Source: an uncultured Draconibacterium sp. (lineage in GTDB: Bacteria; Bacteroidota; Bacteroidia; Bacteroidales; Prolixibacteraceae). Taken from it: DNA of 32,000 nt. The notes below the pieces were generated by a model. That model saw nothing but the letters and a program-made list of their open reading frames with translations, searched no databases and was not told the origin of the DNA. Shown in pieces: positions 9,501 through 18,206 of the stretch. The DNA lies in assembly GCF_947492175.1 (NCBI RefSeq), contig NZ_CANLMQ010000019.1; one strand, 5' to 3'. The number at the start of each line of letters is the position of its first letter. Position 1 is the stretch's first letter. The position numbers and the translations under genes were made by a program.

Positions 9501-9974
9501 TTAAATTGCAATTTCAACAATCTCGAACGGAATAATTCCTGACGGTACCTGTATTTCTACTTCGTCGCCAACTTTTTTCCCCAATAATCCTTTTGCTATT
9601 GGTGTTTTTATCGACAGTTTACCCGCTTTTAAATCAGCCTCGCTCTCAGGAACCAAAGTGTATTGCATGGTTGCATTATTCTTCTTATTCCTGATGGTTA
9701 CTTTATTCAGAATCTGCACCTTTGATGTATCAATCTTCGATTCATCCAAAATTCGTGCATTTGCCACTTTACTTTGCAATAAAGCGATTTTCGCCTCAAG
9801 CATACCCTGAGCGTCTTTGGCAGCATCGTACTCGGCATTTTCTGAAATATCACCTTTTTCAATAGCCTCTCCAATTTGTTTCGAAATAGCAGGACGCTCA
9901 ACATTTTTCAAATGTTCCAACTCTTTTTTGAGTTTTTCCAGACCTGCCTGTGTTAAATATGTTACTTCGGACAT
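9501..9974 (-). CDS. greA: transcription elongation factor GreA
   Basis: 157 aa with an N-terminal coiled coil carrying the acidic tip (ENAEYDAAKD) and a C-terminal FKBP-like domain. A GGAGGA box lies 6 nt upstream of the ATG. Confidence 0.95.
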   Translation of the reverse strand: MSEVTYLTQAGLEKLKKELEHLKNVERPAISKQIGEAIEKGDISENAEYDAAKDAQGMLEAKIALLQSKVANARILDESKIDTSKVQILNKVTIRNKKNNATMQYTLVPESEADLKAGKLSIKTPIAKGLLGKKVGDEVEIQVPSGIIPFEIVEIAI

Positions 9975-10139
9975 TTTTTATCCTCCAAAATTTTCGGTTA
10001 TCAACAATTGATACTATATATAAAAAAATAGAAAGAATCCCGATTATCCGGAACTCTTCCTTCTGCAAATCTATATATTTTCTTGTTAATTTAAAACAAT
10101 AAGACGGGAAAATAATCGAATTGCGTGATTTATACCCAA

Positions 10140-10529
10140 TTACGTGTATTTTCGATTTAATATTTCATTATAGATTACGGCTTTCCGCAAAGAGAATTTT
10201 TCACCATCAACCGTTGCCCGCAACCTCTCTTTCGAAACTGTTTTTGTCTCTTTTTCAATATCAGAAATCCCTTCACGACTTGGAACAAACTGATATTGCG
10301 GTTTAACCTCAGCCTCCGCAAATTCCTCCTCACCAACTGATGGCTCTGCATATTCCGAAACATTTTGTACCTGCTCGCTTTGAGTATCCATAATCATATC
10401 CCAAAAATCGGCCGGTTGTTTTGTATTACCTGCAGCCGGATTTTTTGCAGCATTTTTCTTTTTCTGTTGGTTAATTACACCAATTACTGCCACTACCAAT
10501 GTTAATATGATTACTATCAGATCGTCCAT
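10140..10529 (-). CDS. hypothetical small membrane-anchored protein
   Basis: ATG start. It has one N-terminal TM helix (LIVIILTLVVAVIGVI), a lysine patch, an acidic low-complexity linker and a basic conserved-looking tail (FSLRKAVIYNEILNRKYT). I recognise no family. Confidence 0.5.
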   Translation of the reverse strand: MDDLIVIILTLVVAVIGVINQQKKKNAAKNPAAGNTKQPADFWDMIMDTQSEQVQNVSEYAEPSVGEEEFAEAEVKPQYQFVPSREGISDIEKETKTVSKERLRATVDGEKFSLRKAVIYNEILNRKYT

Positions 10530-10593
10530 CTCTTTTATTTAGAATACAATAAAAACTATACTTTTGTTGTTCCAATTTATAAAAGTACGAAAA

Positions 10594-11025
10594 ATGGGGA
10601 AGTTGATTACAGAAAACGGGAAATATTTATTGCTTTTTATTCTTTTAACTGCGATAACCTTTTCATGCGATGAAATTGAATCACAAGTACCGGAGGTTCC
10701 TGTAAATTTCACTATTTCACTAGATCTTTTTAACGAATTACAAAATCCGGGCAGCTCTGTATATTTTCCAAAAGCCGGATTTGGAGGAGTAATTGTGTCG
10801 TGCCATGTTGTTGGGGAATATTATGCTTACGATGCAACCTGTACTCACGAAATTAGTCAATCATGCCACCTTACTCCTGATGGGTTACTGGCAACATGCC
10901 CCTGTTGCGAATCTCAGTACTCTCTTTTTTATACTGCCAGTCCAATTTCTGGTCCGGCATCGGCTCCGCTAAAACAATACAATGTTTCGTTTTTGGGAGG
11001 GAATACATTAAGAATATATAACTAA
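10594..11025 (+). CDS. lipoprotein with a Rieske-like Cys/His-rich beta domain
   Basis: The start is taken at the ATG at 10594 (MGKL...); the track start at 10564 is a TTG. It has a signal peptide plus lipobox-like TFSC followed by acidic DEIE. The motifs C-T-H...C-H...C-P-C-C-E-S-Q-Y resemble Rieske boxes I and II. Confidence 0.6.
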   Translation: MGKLITENGKYLLLFILLTAITFSCDEIESQVPEVPVNFTISLDLFNELQNPGSSVYFPKAGFGGVIVSCHVVGEYYAYDATCTHEISQSCHLTPDGLLATCPCCESQYSLFYTASPISGPASAPLKQYNVSFLGGNTLRIYN

Positions 11026-11028
11026 AAA

Positions 11029-11056
11029 CGGGCTCCAAAACTGAAGCCCGCCTTTA
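11029..11056. terminator. hairpin between convergent genes (possible bidirectional terminator)
   Basis: CGGGCU (11029-11034) pairs with AGCCCG (11045-11050). It is flanked by A-rich sequence upstream and CCUUUAAAUA downstream. The stem is short and the U-tract is weak. Confidence 0.4.
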
Positions 11057-11080
11057 AATATATTGACTGTAATACTTTTT

Positions 11081-12514
11081 TTAATACCTGTAATGTTCCG
11101 GCTTAAACGGACCATCTTTTGGGACGCCAAGATATGCCGCCTGCTCGTCGGTCAATGTGGTTAATTTCACACCGATTTGCTCAAGATGTAATCGTGCAAC
11201 TTCTTCGTCAAGCTTTTTTGAAAGTGTAAACACACCCACTTCGTAATTATTTTGCCACAAATCGATTTGCGCCAACGATTGATTTGTAAACGAATTACTC
11301 ATCACAAATGACGGATGACCAGTTGCACACCCCAGATTTACCAAACGACCTTCGGCCAAAAGGAAAATGCTATGTCCATCGTCGTATGTATATTTATCAA
11401 CCTGTGGTTTTATATTTGTTTTAACAATACCTTCCCATTTTTCAAGTTGTGCAACCTGAATTTCGTTATCAAAATGACCAATATTACAAACAATAGCCTG
11501 ATCTTTCATGTTTGCCATATTTTCAGCTGTAATCACATCCTTGTTACCGGTAGTCGTTACATAAATATTTCCTTCGACTACTGCCTCTTCCATTGTTTTT
11601 ACTTCAAAACCCTCCATGGCTGCCTGCAACGCACAAATCGGATCGATTTCGGTAACAATTACACGCGCCCCATAACTACGCATTGAGTGGGCACAACCTT
11701 TACCAACATCGCCATAACCGGCAACAACCACTACTTTTCCGGCAATCATAACATCAGTAGCGCGTTTAATTCCATCGGCTAACGATTCACGACAACCATA
11801 CAAATTATCAAATTTAGACTTTGTAACAGAGTCGTTTACATTGATGGCAGGAACCAACAATTCTCCTTTATCAAACATTTGATACAGGCGGTGAACTCCG
11901 GTGGTAGTTTCTTCAGAAACACCTTTCCACTCCTCAACCGTACGATGCCATTTCTGATTGTCTTCTGCAAGAGTTTTCTTTAAAAGACTTAGAATTTCAC
12001 CTTCTTCTTCGCTACCTGGTTCAACATCCAATACACTTGCATCTTTTTCAGCAGCAAAACCTTTGTGAATTAAAAGTGTTGCATCGCCACCATCATCAAC
12101 AATCAACTGCGGTCCTTTTCCTCCCGGGAAACTCAATGCTTCACGTGTGCACCACCAGTACTCTTCAAGTGTTTCTCCTTTCCAGGCAAACACCGGAACA
12201 CCTGCCGCAGCAATGGCTGCTGCTGCATGGTCTTGTGTAGAAAAAATATTACAACTACACCAACGCACATCAGCCCCTAACTCAACCAGTGTTTCGATTA
12301 AAACGGCTGTTTGTATTGTCATATGAAGGCTTCCCATTACCCTTGCCCCCTGCAACGGTTTTTGAGGGCCAAACTTTTTACGAATCGACATCAAGCCGGG
12401 CATCTCGCTTTCGGCAATCTCGATCTCTTTTCGCCCAAAATCAGCTAACGTAATATCAGCTACTTTATAATCCAATTGTTCTTTAACTGCTACTGTCATA
12501 TCTTTATTTTCCAT
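11081..12514 (-). CDS. ahcY: adenosylhomocysteinase
   Basis: 477 aa with [27 protein letters not shown] at the N-terminus, the NAD-binding GYGDVGKG motif and the C-terminal PEHYRY tail. An alternative start is M6 at 12499. Confidence 0.95.
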   Translation of the reverse strand: MENKDMTVAVKEQLDYKVADITLADFGRKEIEIAESEMPGLMSIRKKFGPQKPLQGARVMGSLHMTIQTAVLIETLVELGADVRWCSCNIFSTQDHAAAAIAAAGVPVFAWKGETLEEYWWCTREALSFPGGKGPQLIVDDGGDATLLIHKGFAAEKDASVLDVEPGSEEEGEILSLLKKTLAEDNQKWHRTVEEWKGVSEETTTGVHRLYQMFDKGELLVPAINVNDSVTKSKFDNLYGCRESLADGIKRATDVMIAGKVVVVAGYGDVGKGCAHSMRSYGARVIVTEIDPICALQAAMEGFEVKTMEEAVVEGNIYVTTTGNKDVITAENMANMKDQAIVCNIGHFDNEIQVAQLEKWEGIVKTNIKPQVDKYTYDDGHSIFLLAEGRLVNLGCATGHPSFVMSNSFTNQSLAQIDLWQNNYEVGVFTLSKKLDEEVARLHLEQIGVKLTTLTDEQAAYLGVPKDGPFKPEHYRY

Positions 12515-12656
12515 GAATTCGTTTCTCTTTCAACCTCTGTTATTTTATGTTGAAACTATATATTACACAAAAAACCTTCGTCTACTAAAAACCGCGCAAA
12601 AATAACAATTTTAATAGCAAAAAGGTTGTGTGTCAGCAAAAAAGTACTTTAGTGTT

Positions 12657-14840
12657 CTAATTCCCCAGGTCGGAGAAAAACTTCACCCGCATCAAACGAA
12701 TATCTTCCTCGGTATATTCATCCTCACCAAGTTCTGCTAGCGCTTCTGCAACGGAGTCGGTTTCAGCCTCACGGAAATAATCAAATATTTCCTCCTGGTG
12801 ATCTTCATCCAATACATCATCAATATAATAATCAATGTTCAACTTGGTTCCTGAATTTACAATTGCCTCCACCTCTGTGATAATGTCCTTCACTTCCACT
12901 CCTTTCGAATCAGCAATATCCTCAAAAGACAATTTTCTATCGATACTTTGTATAATAAAGACCTTCATTTTAGATTTGTTGGCCACACTGCGCACTACAA
13001 AATCTTCTGGTCGTTCTATTTCATTCTCTTCAACATAAGTCTTAATAAGAGCCGCAAATTCTCGTCCGTATCTTTTGGCCTTGCCCATCCCGACACCTTG
13101 AATCTGCTGCAATTCTTCAATCGATATCGGATACTGAATTGACATATCAGCCAGTGATGGGTCCTGGAAAATTACAAAAGGAGGCAGATTATTACGTTTT
13201 GCTATTTTCTTCCGAAGATCTTTTAACATAGCAAACAGTTGCGGATCGCCACTTGCACCACCAGAAGGCGCACCTCCTGAACCTGATGTATCTTCCTCTT
13301 CATACTCGTGGTTTTTCACCAGCATGAAACTCTGAGGATTATCAAGAAACTCCATTCCTTTTGGAGTTACTTTTAGTAATCCATAGTTCTCAATATCCTT
13401 ACTAATAATACCGGCTACTATCGATTGGCGAAATACTGCATTCCAAAAACGTTCATCGTGAGCTTTACCTGTTCCAAATGCTTCTAATTTGTAATGTTTA
13501 AACGATTTTATAGCAGCCGTTTTATTCCCGATAAGAATATTGGCAATATGATCGCCTTTGTACTTTTGATTTACCTCAACAATAGCCTTTAATGCCAGTT
13601 CTATTTCATCTTTAGCCTCAATTTGTTCTTTTGGATTCAGGCAGTTATCACAGTTACCACAATTTTCATTGCTGTATTTTTCGCCAAAATAATCCAACAG
13701 AATAACTCTTCGGCATATTGCCGATTCCGCATACGAAACAGTATCTAAAAGAAGTTGCTTGCCAATTTCCTGTTCGGCAACAGGTTTTCCATGCATAAAC
13801 TTCTCCAGCTTTTGAATATCCTTATAGCTATAAAAAGTAATACATTTCCCTTCGCCACCATCGCGACCTGCCCGACCGGTTTCCTGGTAAAAACCTTCCA
13901 GACTTTTAGGAATATCGTAGTGGATTACAAATCGTACATCGGGTTTATCAATTCCCATTCCAAAAGCAATTGTTGCCACAATTACATCCACTTCCTCCAT
14001 CAAAAATTTATCCTGATTCCCCGATCGGGTAGCAGCATCCATTCCTGCATGATAAGGCAAAGCTTTAACTCCGTTAATCTGAAGTGTTTCAGCCAACTCC
14101 TCAACCTTTTTACGGCTCAAACAGTAAATAATTCCCGACTTCCCTTCATTCTGTTTAATAAACTTAATAATCTGGGTTTCAGTTTTTACTTTTGGGCGAA
14201 CCTCGTAATACAAATTCTCGCGGTTAAACGAAGCCATGAATACTCTAGCATCTAAAATACCCAGGTTTTTCTGAATATCGTGTTGTACTTTTGCTGTTGC
14301 TGTTGCTGTTAACGCCACAATTGGCGATTTCCCAATTTCTTCAACAATAGGTTTAATACGTCGGTATTCCGGCCTGAAATCGTGTCCCCATTCCGAAATA
14401 CAATGTGCTTCATCAATAGCATAAAATGAGATTTTAACCTTTTTCAGAAACTCTATATTATCTTCTTTTGTCAACGACTCGGGTGCAACATAAAGCAACT
14501 TTGTTTTTCCCGACAAAACATCTTCTTTCACTTCAGCAATAGCCGATTTAGAAAGAGATGAATTTAAAAAATGTGCAATATTATCCTCGGAATGTGTTCC
14601 CCTGATCGAATCTACCTGATTTTTCATTAATGCAATTAATGGCGAAATCACAATAGCTGTTCCCTCTAAAATTAGAGCCGGTAATTGATATATTAACGAT
14701 TTCCCACCACCGGTAGGCATTAAAACAAACGTATTATTACCGTCTAATACGCTTTTAATGGCTTCTTCCTGTTTCCCCTTAAACCTGTCGAAACCAAAAT
14801 ACTGCTGTAACTTATCAGTTAATTTAATATTGTTTCCCAT
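12657..14840 (-). CDS. recQ: ATP-dependent DNA helicase RecQ
   Basis: 727 aa with helicase motif I (PTGGGKS) and DEAH (AIDEAHCISEWGHDFRPEY). It also has the RecQ-Ct zinc-binding cysteines (CRR...CGNCDNC) and a C-terminal HRDC-like domain. Confidence 0.95.
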   Translation of the reverse strand: MGNNIKLTDKLQQYFGFDRFKGKQEEAIKSVLDGNNTFVLMPTGGGKSLIYQLPALILEGTAIVISPLIALMKNQVDSIRGTHSEDNIAHFLNSSLSKSAIAEVKEDVLSGKTKLLYVAPESLTKEDNIEFLKKVKISFYAIDEAHCISEWGHDFRPEYRRIKPIVEEIGKSPIVALTATATAKVQHDIQKNLGILDARVFMASFNRENLYYEVRPKVKTETQIIKFIKQNEGKSGIIYCLSRKKVEELAETLQINGVKALPYHAGMDAATRSGNQDKFLMEEVDVIVATIAFGMGIDKPDVRFVIHYDIPKSLEGFYQETGRAGRDGGEGKCITFYSYKDIQKLEKFMHGKPVAEQEIGKQLLLDTVSYAESAICRRVILLDYFGEKYSNENCGNCDNCLNPKEQIEAKDEIELALKAIVEVNQKYKGDHIANILIGNKTAAIKSFKHYKLEAFGTGKAHDERFWNAVFRQSIVAGIISKDIENYGLLKVTPKGMEFLDNPQSFMLVKNHEYEEEDTSGSGGAPSGGASGDPQLFAMLKDLRKKIAKRNNLPPFVIFQDPSLADMSIQYPISIEELQQIQGVGMGKAKRYGREFAALIKTYVEENEIERPEDFVVRSVANKSKMKVFIIQSIDRKLSFEDIADSKGVEVKDIITEVEAIVNSGTKLNIDYYIDDVLDEDHQEEIFDYFREAETDSVAEALAELGEDEYTEEDIRLMRVKFFSDLGN

Positions 14841-15106
14841 GTTCCTTCTAACTCTCTGTCCCTTTTTTTATATGCAAATTCTAAATTATTAAAAGTAAAT
14901 AAAACACCAATGTTTTTTAAAGTTTTTTTATAAAATGTTAACTGAAACGAGAAACTGTTCATTACCATTGTATGTCGGAATTGTAATTTAACCACCCAAC
15001 CAACAATATGTACAAATACATATAATAGTAGGTTACTAAAATCATCCCTGTGTATTTATTATTTTTCTCATTTGAATACTTACCATTTTAATTGCAAAAT
15101 TTCGTG

Positions 15107-15114
15107 TACATTTG
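15107..15114 (+). promoter_or_regulatory. candidate Bacteroidota -7 promoter box (TACATTTG) for tatC-lptB
   Basis: Matches the TAnnTTTG -7 consensus of Bacteroidetes sigma-A promoters. It lies 29 nt upstream of the ATG at 15143. No well-spaced TTTG -33 box is present. Confidence 0.35.
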
Positions 15115-15142
15115 TGAAGTTTTTTTTGAAAATAAGAAGTCC

Positions 15143-16006
15143 ATGAGCGAAGAATATACACGAGAAGAGCAAACAACTAAAAAAAGAAGCGAGAAGAAAA
15201 AAGAAGCCGAAATGTCGTTCCTCGAACACCTGGAAGAATTGCGCTGGCATATAGTACGTTCAGCGGCGGCAATAATGGTTTTTGCCATAGTGGCATTTAT
15301 AATGAAACGTTTTATTTTCGATGTAGTAATACTGGCACCTCGTACGCCCGAGTTCTGGACCAACCAAATGTTTGCAAAACTTGGAGATTTAGTTGGCTCT
15401 GATGCGGTAAAAATCAACCAGGTTCCGCTAAAAATGCAAAGTATAAAAATTGCCGGACAATTTTCAACCCATATTATGGTTTCAATAATTGCCGGACTAA
15501 TTGTTGCTTCACCCGTTGTTTTTTACGAATTCTGGAGGTTTATAAAACCAGCACTGTACGATCAGGAAAAAAAACACGCAGGTGGTGCAGTTTTCTTTAC
15601 TTCTGTACTCTTTTTAATGGGTGTTTTATTCGGGTACTTTTTAATTGTGCCTCTATCTATACATTTTTTAGGAACCTACCAGGTAAGCAGCGAAGTTGAA
15701 AATACAATTAACCTGCGTTCTTACATTGGTTCAGTAACATCAATTTCACTGGCTGCAGGCGTTGTTTTCCTTATTCCAATATTTTCTTACTTTTTAAGCA
15801 AGGTAGGGCTTTTAACACCACAGTTTATGAAAACCTACCGCCGGCACGCTTATGTTATAATGCTTTTAGTATCAGCAATTATTACTCCGCCTGATATTTT
15901 TAGCCAGGTTATGGTCTGTTTCCCACTGGTATTTCTATATGAAATTGGGATAATGATTTCGCGCCGTGTAGTTAAAAAACGTGAAAAAGAAATGGAGGAG
16001 ATATAA
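15143..16006 (+). CDS. tatC: twin-arginine translocase subunit TatC
   Basis: A six-TM profile and the canonical TatC N-terminal block FLEHLEELRWHI. The track start at 15092 is a TTG lying upstream of the -7 box. Candidate ATG starts are 15143, which gives a 23-aa highly charged extension, and 15212 (MSFLEHLEELR). Confidence 0.88.
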   Translation: MSEEYTREEQTTKKRSEKKKEAEMSFLEHLEELRWHIVRSAAAIMVFAIVAFIMKRFIFDVVILAPRTPEFWTNQMFAKLGDLVGSDAVKINQVPLKMQSIKIAGQFSTHIMVSIIAGLIVASPVVFYEFWRFIKPALYDQEKKHAGGAVFFTSVLFLMGVLFGYFLIVPLSIHFLGTYQVSSEVENTINLRSYIGSVTSISLAAGVVFLIPIFSYFLSKVGLLTPQFMKTYRRHAYVIMLLVSAIITPPDIFSQVMVCFPLVFLYEIGIMISRRVVKKREKEMEEI

Positions 16007-16038
16007 TCCACCCAAAAAAATCCGTTATTTGAACAATT

Positions 16039-16761
16039 ATGATTCTTAGAGCAGATAATATAATAAAGAAATATCGAAAAAGAACTGTTGTAAAAGGAGT
16101 TAGCTTCCAGGTTGAACAAGGCGAAATTGTAGGACTACTTGGGCCAAACGGAGCAGGAAAAACTACTTCGTTTTATATGATTGTGGGATTGATTCAGCCC
16201 TTTTCAGGGAACATATATCTCGACAATCAGAATATAACAAAACTGCCCGTATACAAACGAGCTCAGCTTGGAATTGGCTACCTGGCACAGGAAGCATCAG
16301 TTTTCAGGAAACTTAGTATTGAAGACAATATCAGAGCAGTACTGGAAATGACCGATTACTCGAAAGAGTACCAACAAGAGAAACTGGAGACCTTAATTGA
16401 GGAGTTTAGTTTGGGACACATACGCAAAAGTAAAGGAATACAGCTTTCAGGAGGCGAAAGGCGACGAACAGAAATTGCAAGGGCATTGGCCATCGATCCA
16501 AAGTTTATTCTCCTGGATGAACCTTTTGCAGGTGTAGATCCCATTGCAGTGGAAGACATCCAGCAAATTGTAATAAAACTAAAGGAAAAGAATATTGGAG
16601 TACTGATTACCGACCACAACGTTCACGAGACTTTACGTATTACAGACAGGTCGTATCTGCTTTTTGAAGGCAATATATTAAAAGCAGGCACAGCAAGTGA
16701 GCTGGCAGCCGACAAAGATGTACGCAGGGTTTATTTGGGCGAAAACTTCGAACTGAGATAA
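16039..16761 (+). CDS. lptB: LPS export ABC transporter ATP-binding protein LptB
   Basis: 240 aa with a Walker A (GPNGAGKTT), the signature LSGGERRR and a Walker B ([12 protein letters not shown]). It also has the LptB-typical C-terminus ([10 protein letters not shown]). Confidence 0.88.
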   Translation: MILRADNIIKKYRKRTVVKGVSFQVEQGEIVGLLGPNGAGKTTSFYMIVGLIQPFSGNIYLDNQNITKLPVYKRAQLGIGYLAQEASVFRKLSIEDNIRAVLEMTDYSKEYQQEKLETLIEEFSLGHIRKSKGIQLSGGERRRTEIARALAIDPKFILLDEPFAGVDPIAVEDIQQIVIKLKEKNIGVLITDHNVHETLRITDRSYLLFEGNILKAGTASELAADKDVRRVYLGENFELR

Positions 16762-16899
16762 AAATTCATTTTTAGTGAACTTTTTTCACTTTTTTATTTG
16801 CAGTTTAAAAAATCTTGCTTTTCTTTGCAGCGCTGAAATCAAAAACGGTTCTTTAAACGAAAAGCGCCGGATTTCAAAAGAAAAAAATTCTGAAAAACA

Positions 16900-16930
16900 T
16901 TTGGAGCTTTTAAAAAAAGGATTACCTTTG
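16900..16930 (+). promoter_or_regulatory. candidate Bacteroidota promoter (-33 TTTG / -7 TACCTTTG) driving tRNA-Glu and probably rpsT
   Basis: TTTG at 16900-16903 and TACCTTTG at 16923-16930 are separated by 19 nt, matching TTTG-N19-21-TAnnTTTG. The predicted TSS is ~20-25 nt upstream of the mature tRNA 5' end. Confidence 0.5.
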
Positions 16931-16959
16931 CGGCTCCAAAAAATAAGGAAACATTAGGA

Positions 16960-17031
16960 GGCCCGTTCGTCTAGGGGTTAGGACGCCAGGTTTTCATCCT
17001 GGTAGCAGGGGTTCGAATCCCCTACGGGCTA
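16960..17031 (+). tRNA. tRNA-Glu (anticodon UUC)
   Basis: Cloverleaf folded by hand. The acceptor GGCCCGU pairs with ACGGGCU (G1-U72 wobble). It has a D-arm GUCUAGGGGUUAGGAC, an anticodon stem CCAGG/CCUGG with loop UUUUCAU (UUC), a T-arm GGGGUUCGAAUCCCC and discriminator A. CCA is not encoded. Confidence 0.93.
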
Positions 17032-17058
17032 CAAATTTAAAAGAGAAGAGAAAAAGAA

Positions 17059-17310
17059 ATGGCACATCATAAGTCAGCTTTAAAAAGGATTCGTCAAGAC
17101 GAAAAGAAAAGGGTACACAACAAGTACTACGCAAAAACTACTCGTAATGCGATTAAGGCTTTGCGTAATGCATCTGACAAAGCAGAAGCAGAAAAATTGT
17201 TCCCTGAAGTTGTTGCAATGATTGATAAATTAGCTAAACGCAATATCATTCACAAAAACAAAGCTTCGAACTTAAAATCGAAATTAGCTGTAAAAGTTAA
17301 TACACTTTAA
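17059..17310 (+). CDS. rpsT: 30S ribosomal protein S20
   Basis: 83 aa, [18 protein letters not shown]...[13 protein letters not shown], a typical S20. It starts 27 nt after the tRNA. Confidence 0.95.
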   Translation: MAHHKSALKRIRQDEKKRVHNKYYAKTTRNAIKALRNASDKAEAEKLFPEVVAMIDKLAKRNIIHKNKASNLKSKLAVKVNTL

Positions 17311-17335
17311 GGAAAATATTAAAACAAGATATTAA

Positions 17336-17366
17336 AACCTCTTCGGTCTCCGAAGAGGTTTTTTTA
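17336..17366 (+). terminator. intrinsic terminator after rpsT
   Basis: AACCUCUUCGG-UCU-CCGAAGAGGUU forms a perfect 11-bp stem, followed by UUUUUUA. Confidence 0.88.
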
Positions 17367-17495
17367 TGCTCTGCAACAAGCAACCATATGTTCTGAAACT
17401 ATTATTCGCCTCTTTCGAAAACCATTTATTATCGTTAAATTCCCATTGGCTGTCTGATAATAAACTATCGGAGATTTTCATAAACATCATGGCTA

Positions 17496-18194
17496 ATGAG
17501 CGAATACAAAAAACTGAACATTAAAGATTGGGCTGTTGAAGACCGTCCCCGCGAAAAACTAATTTCGAAAGGAGCCCGATCACTTACCGATGCTGAACTA
17601 ATTGCCATACTAATCGGATCGGGTAATACAGAAGAAACTGCAGTTGAACTTTCGCGTCGGATTCTTACATCGGTTGATAACAATCTGAATGACCTGGGTA
17701 GAAAAAATGCCGACTTTCTAAAAGCATTTAACGGAATAGGAGAAGCCAAAGCAGTTACTATAGTAGCCGCTCTTGAATTGGGGAAACGCCGAAAAGAAGC
17801 TGATGTGTTCAGTAAAAATAAAATTACGGGCAGTAACGACGTTGCCGATTTTTTTCAACCTCTGCTTGGCGATTTAAATCATGAAGAATTCTGGATAATG
17901 CTTCTTAATCGCGGTAATATAATAATTGATACTTTTATGATCAGCCAGGGGGGAATTTCGGGAACCGTAATCGATGTACGGCTCATCCTTAAAAATGCGC
18001 TGGACAAAATGGCAAGTTCAATTATTCTTTGTCATAATCATCCGTCGGGAACCATGCAGGCTTCTGACGCAGATCTAAAAATTACCCGAAAAATAAAAAG
18101 TGCTGCCGAAATTATGGATATTACTGTGCTCGACCACATAATTATCGGGCAAAACAAATACTTAAGCTTTGCCGACGAAGGAATATTAAACTAA
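17496..18194 (+). CDS. radC: RadC-family JAB/MPN domain protein
   Basis: 232 aa with an N-terminal HhH region (LSDAELIAILIGSG) and a C-terminal JAMM motif (HNHPSG...S..D). Confidence 0.9.
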   Translation: MSEYKKLNIKDWAVEDRPREKLISKGARSLTDAELIAILIGSGNTEETAVELSRRILTSVDNNLNDLGRKNADFLKAFNGIGEAKAVTIVAALELGKRRKEADVFSKNKITGSNDVADFFQPLLGDLNHEEFWIMLLNRGNIIIDTFMISQGGISGTVIDVRLILKNALDKMASSIILCHNHPSGTMQASDADLKITRKIKSAAEIMDITVLDHIIIGQNKYLSFADEGILN

Positions 18195-18206
18195 AAATGA
18201 ACTAAA

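Noticed and set aside
9999-10013. The overlapping palindromes TATCAA-CAA-TTGATA and CAATTG upstream of greA.
   Set aside because: They are short and AT-rich, so they are expected fairly often by chance in this composition, and nothing supports them as a regulatory site.
12515-12656. A possible SAH riboswitch or other leader RNA upstream of ahcY.
   Set aside because: The 142-nt spacer is AT-rich and lacks the GC-rich pseudoknotted core expected of the SAH element. I could find only weak, short pairings and a TATTTTTG -7-like box.
16775-16957. A 60-aa ORF with a GTG start in the lptB to tRNA-Glu spacer.
   Set aside because: It overlaps the weak lptB terminator hairpin and the tRNA promoter. 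It has a non-ATG start and a Lys-rich low-complexity product. Regulatory DNA is the more economical reading.
17496-18194. RadC as a marker of a mobile or anti-restriction island.
   Set aside because: This is the full-length housekeeping-type RadC (HhH + JAB). It follows rpsT and is embedded among core genes, and no conjugation, ssb or ardC-type genes are nearby.
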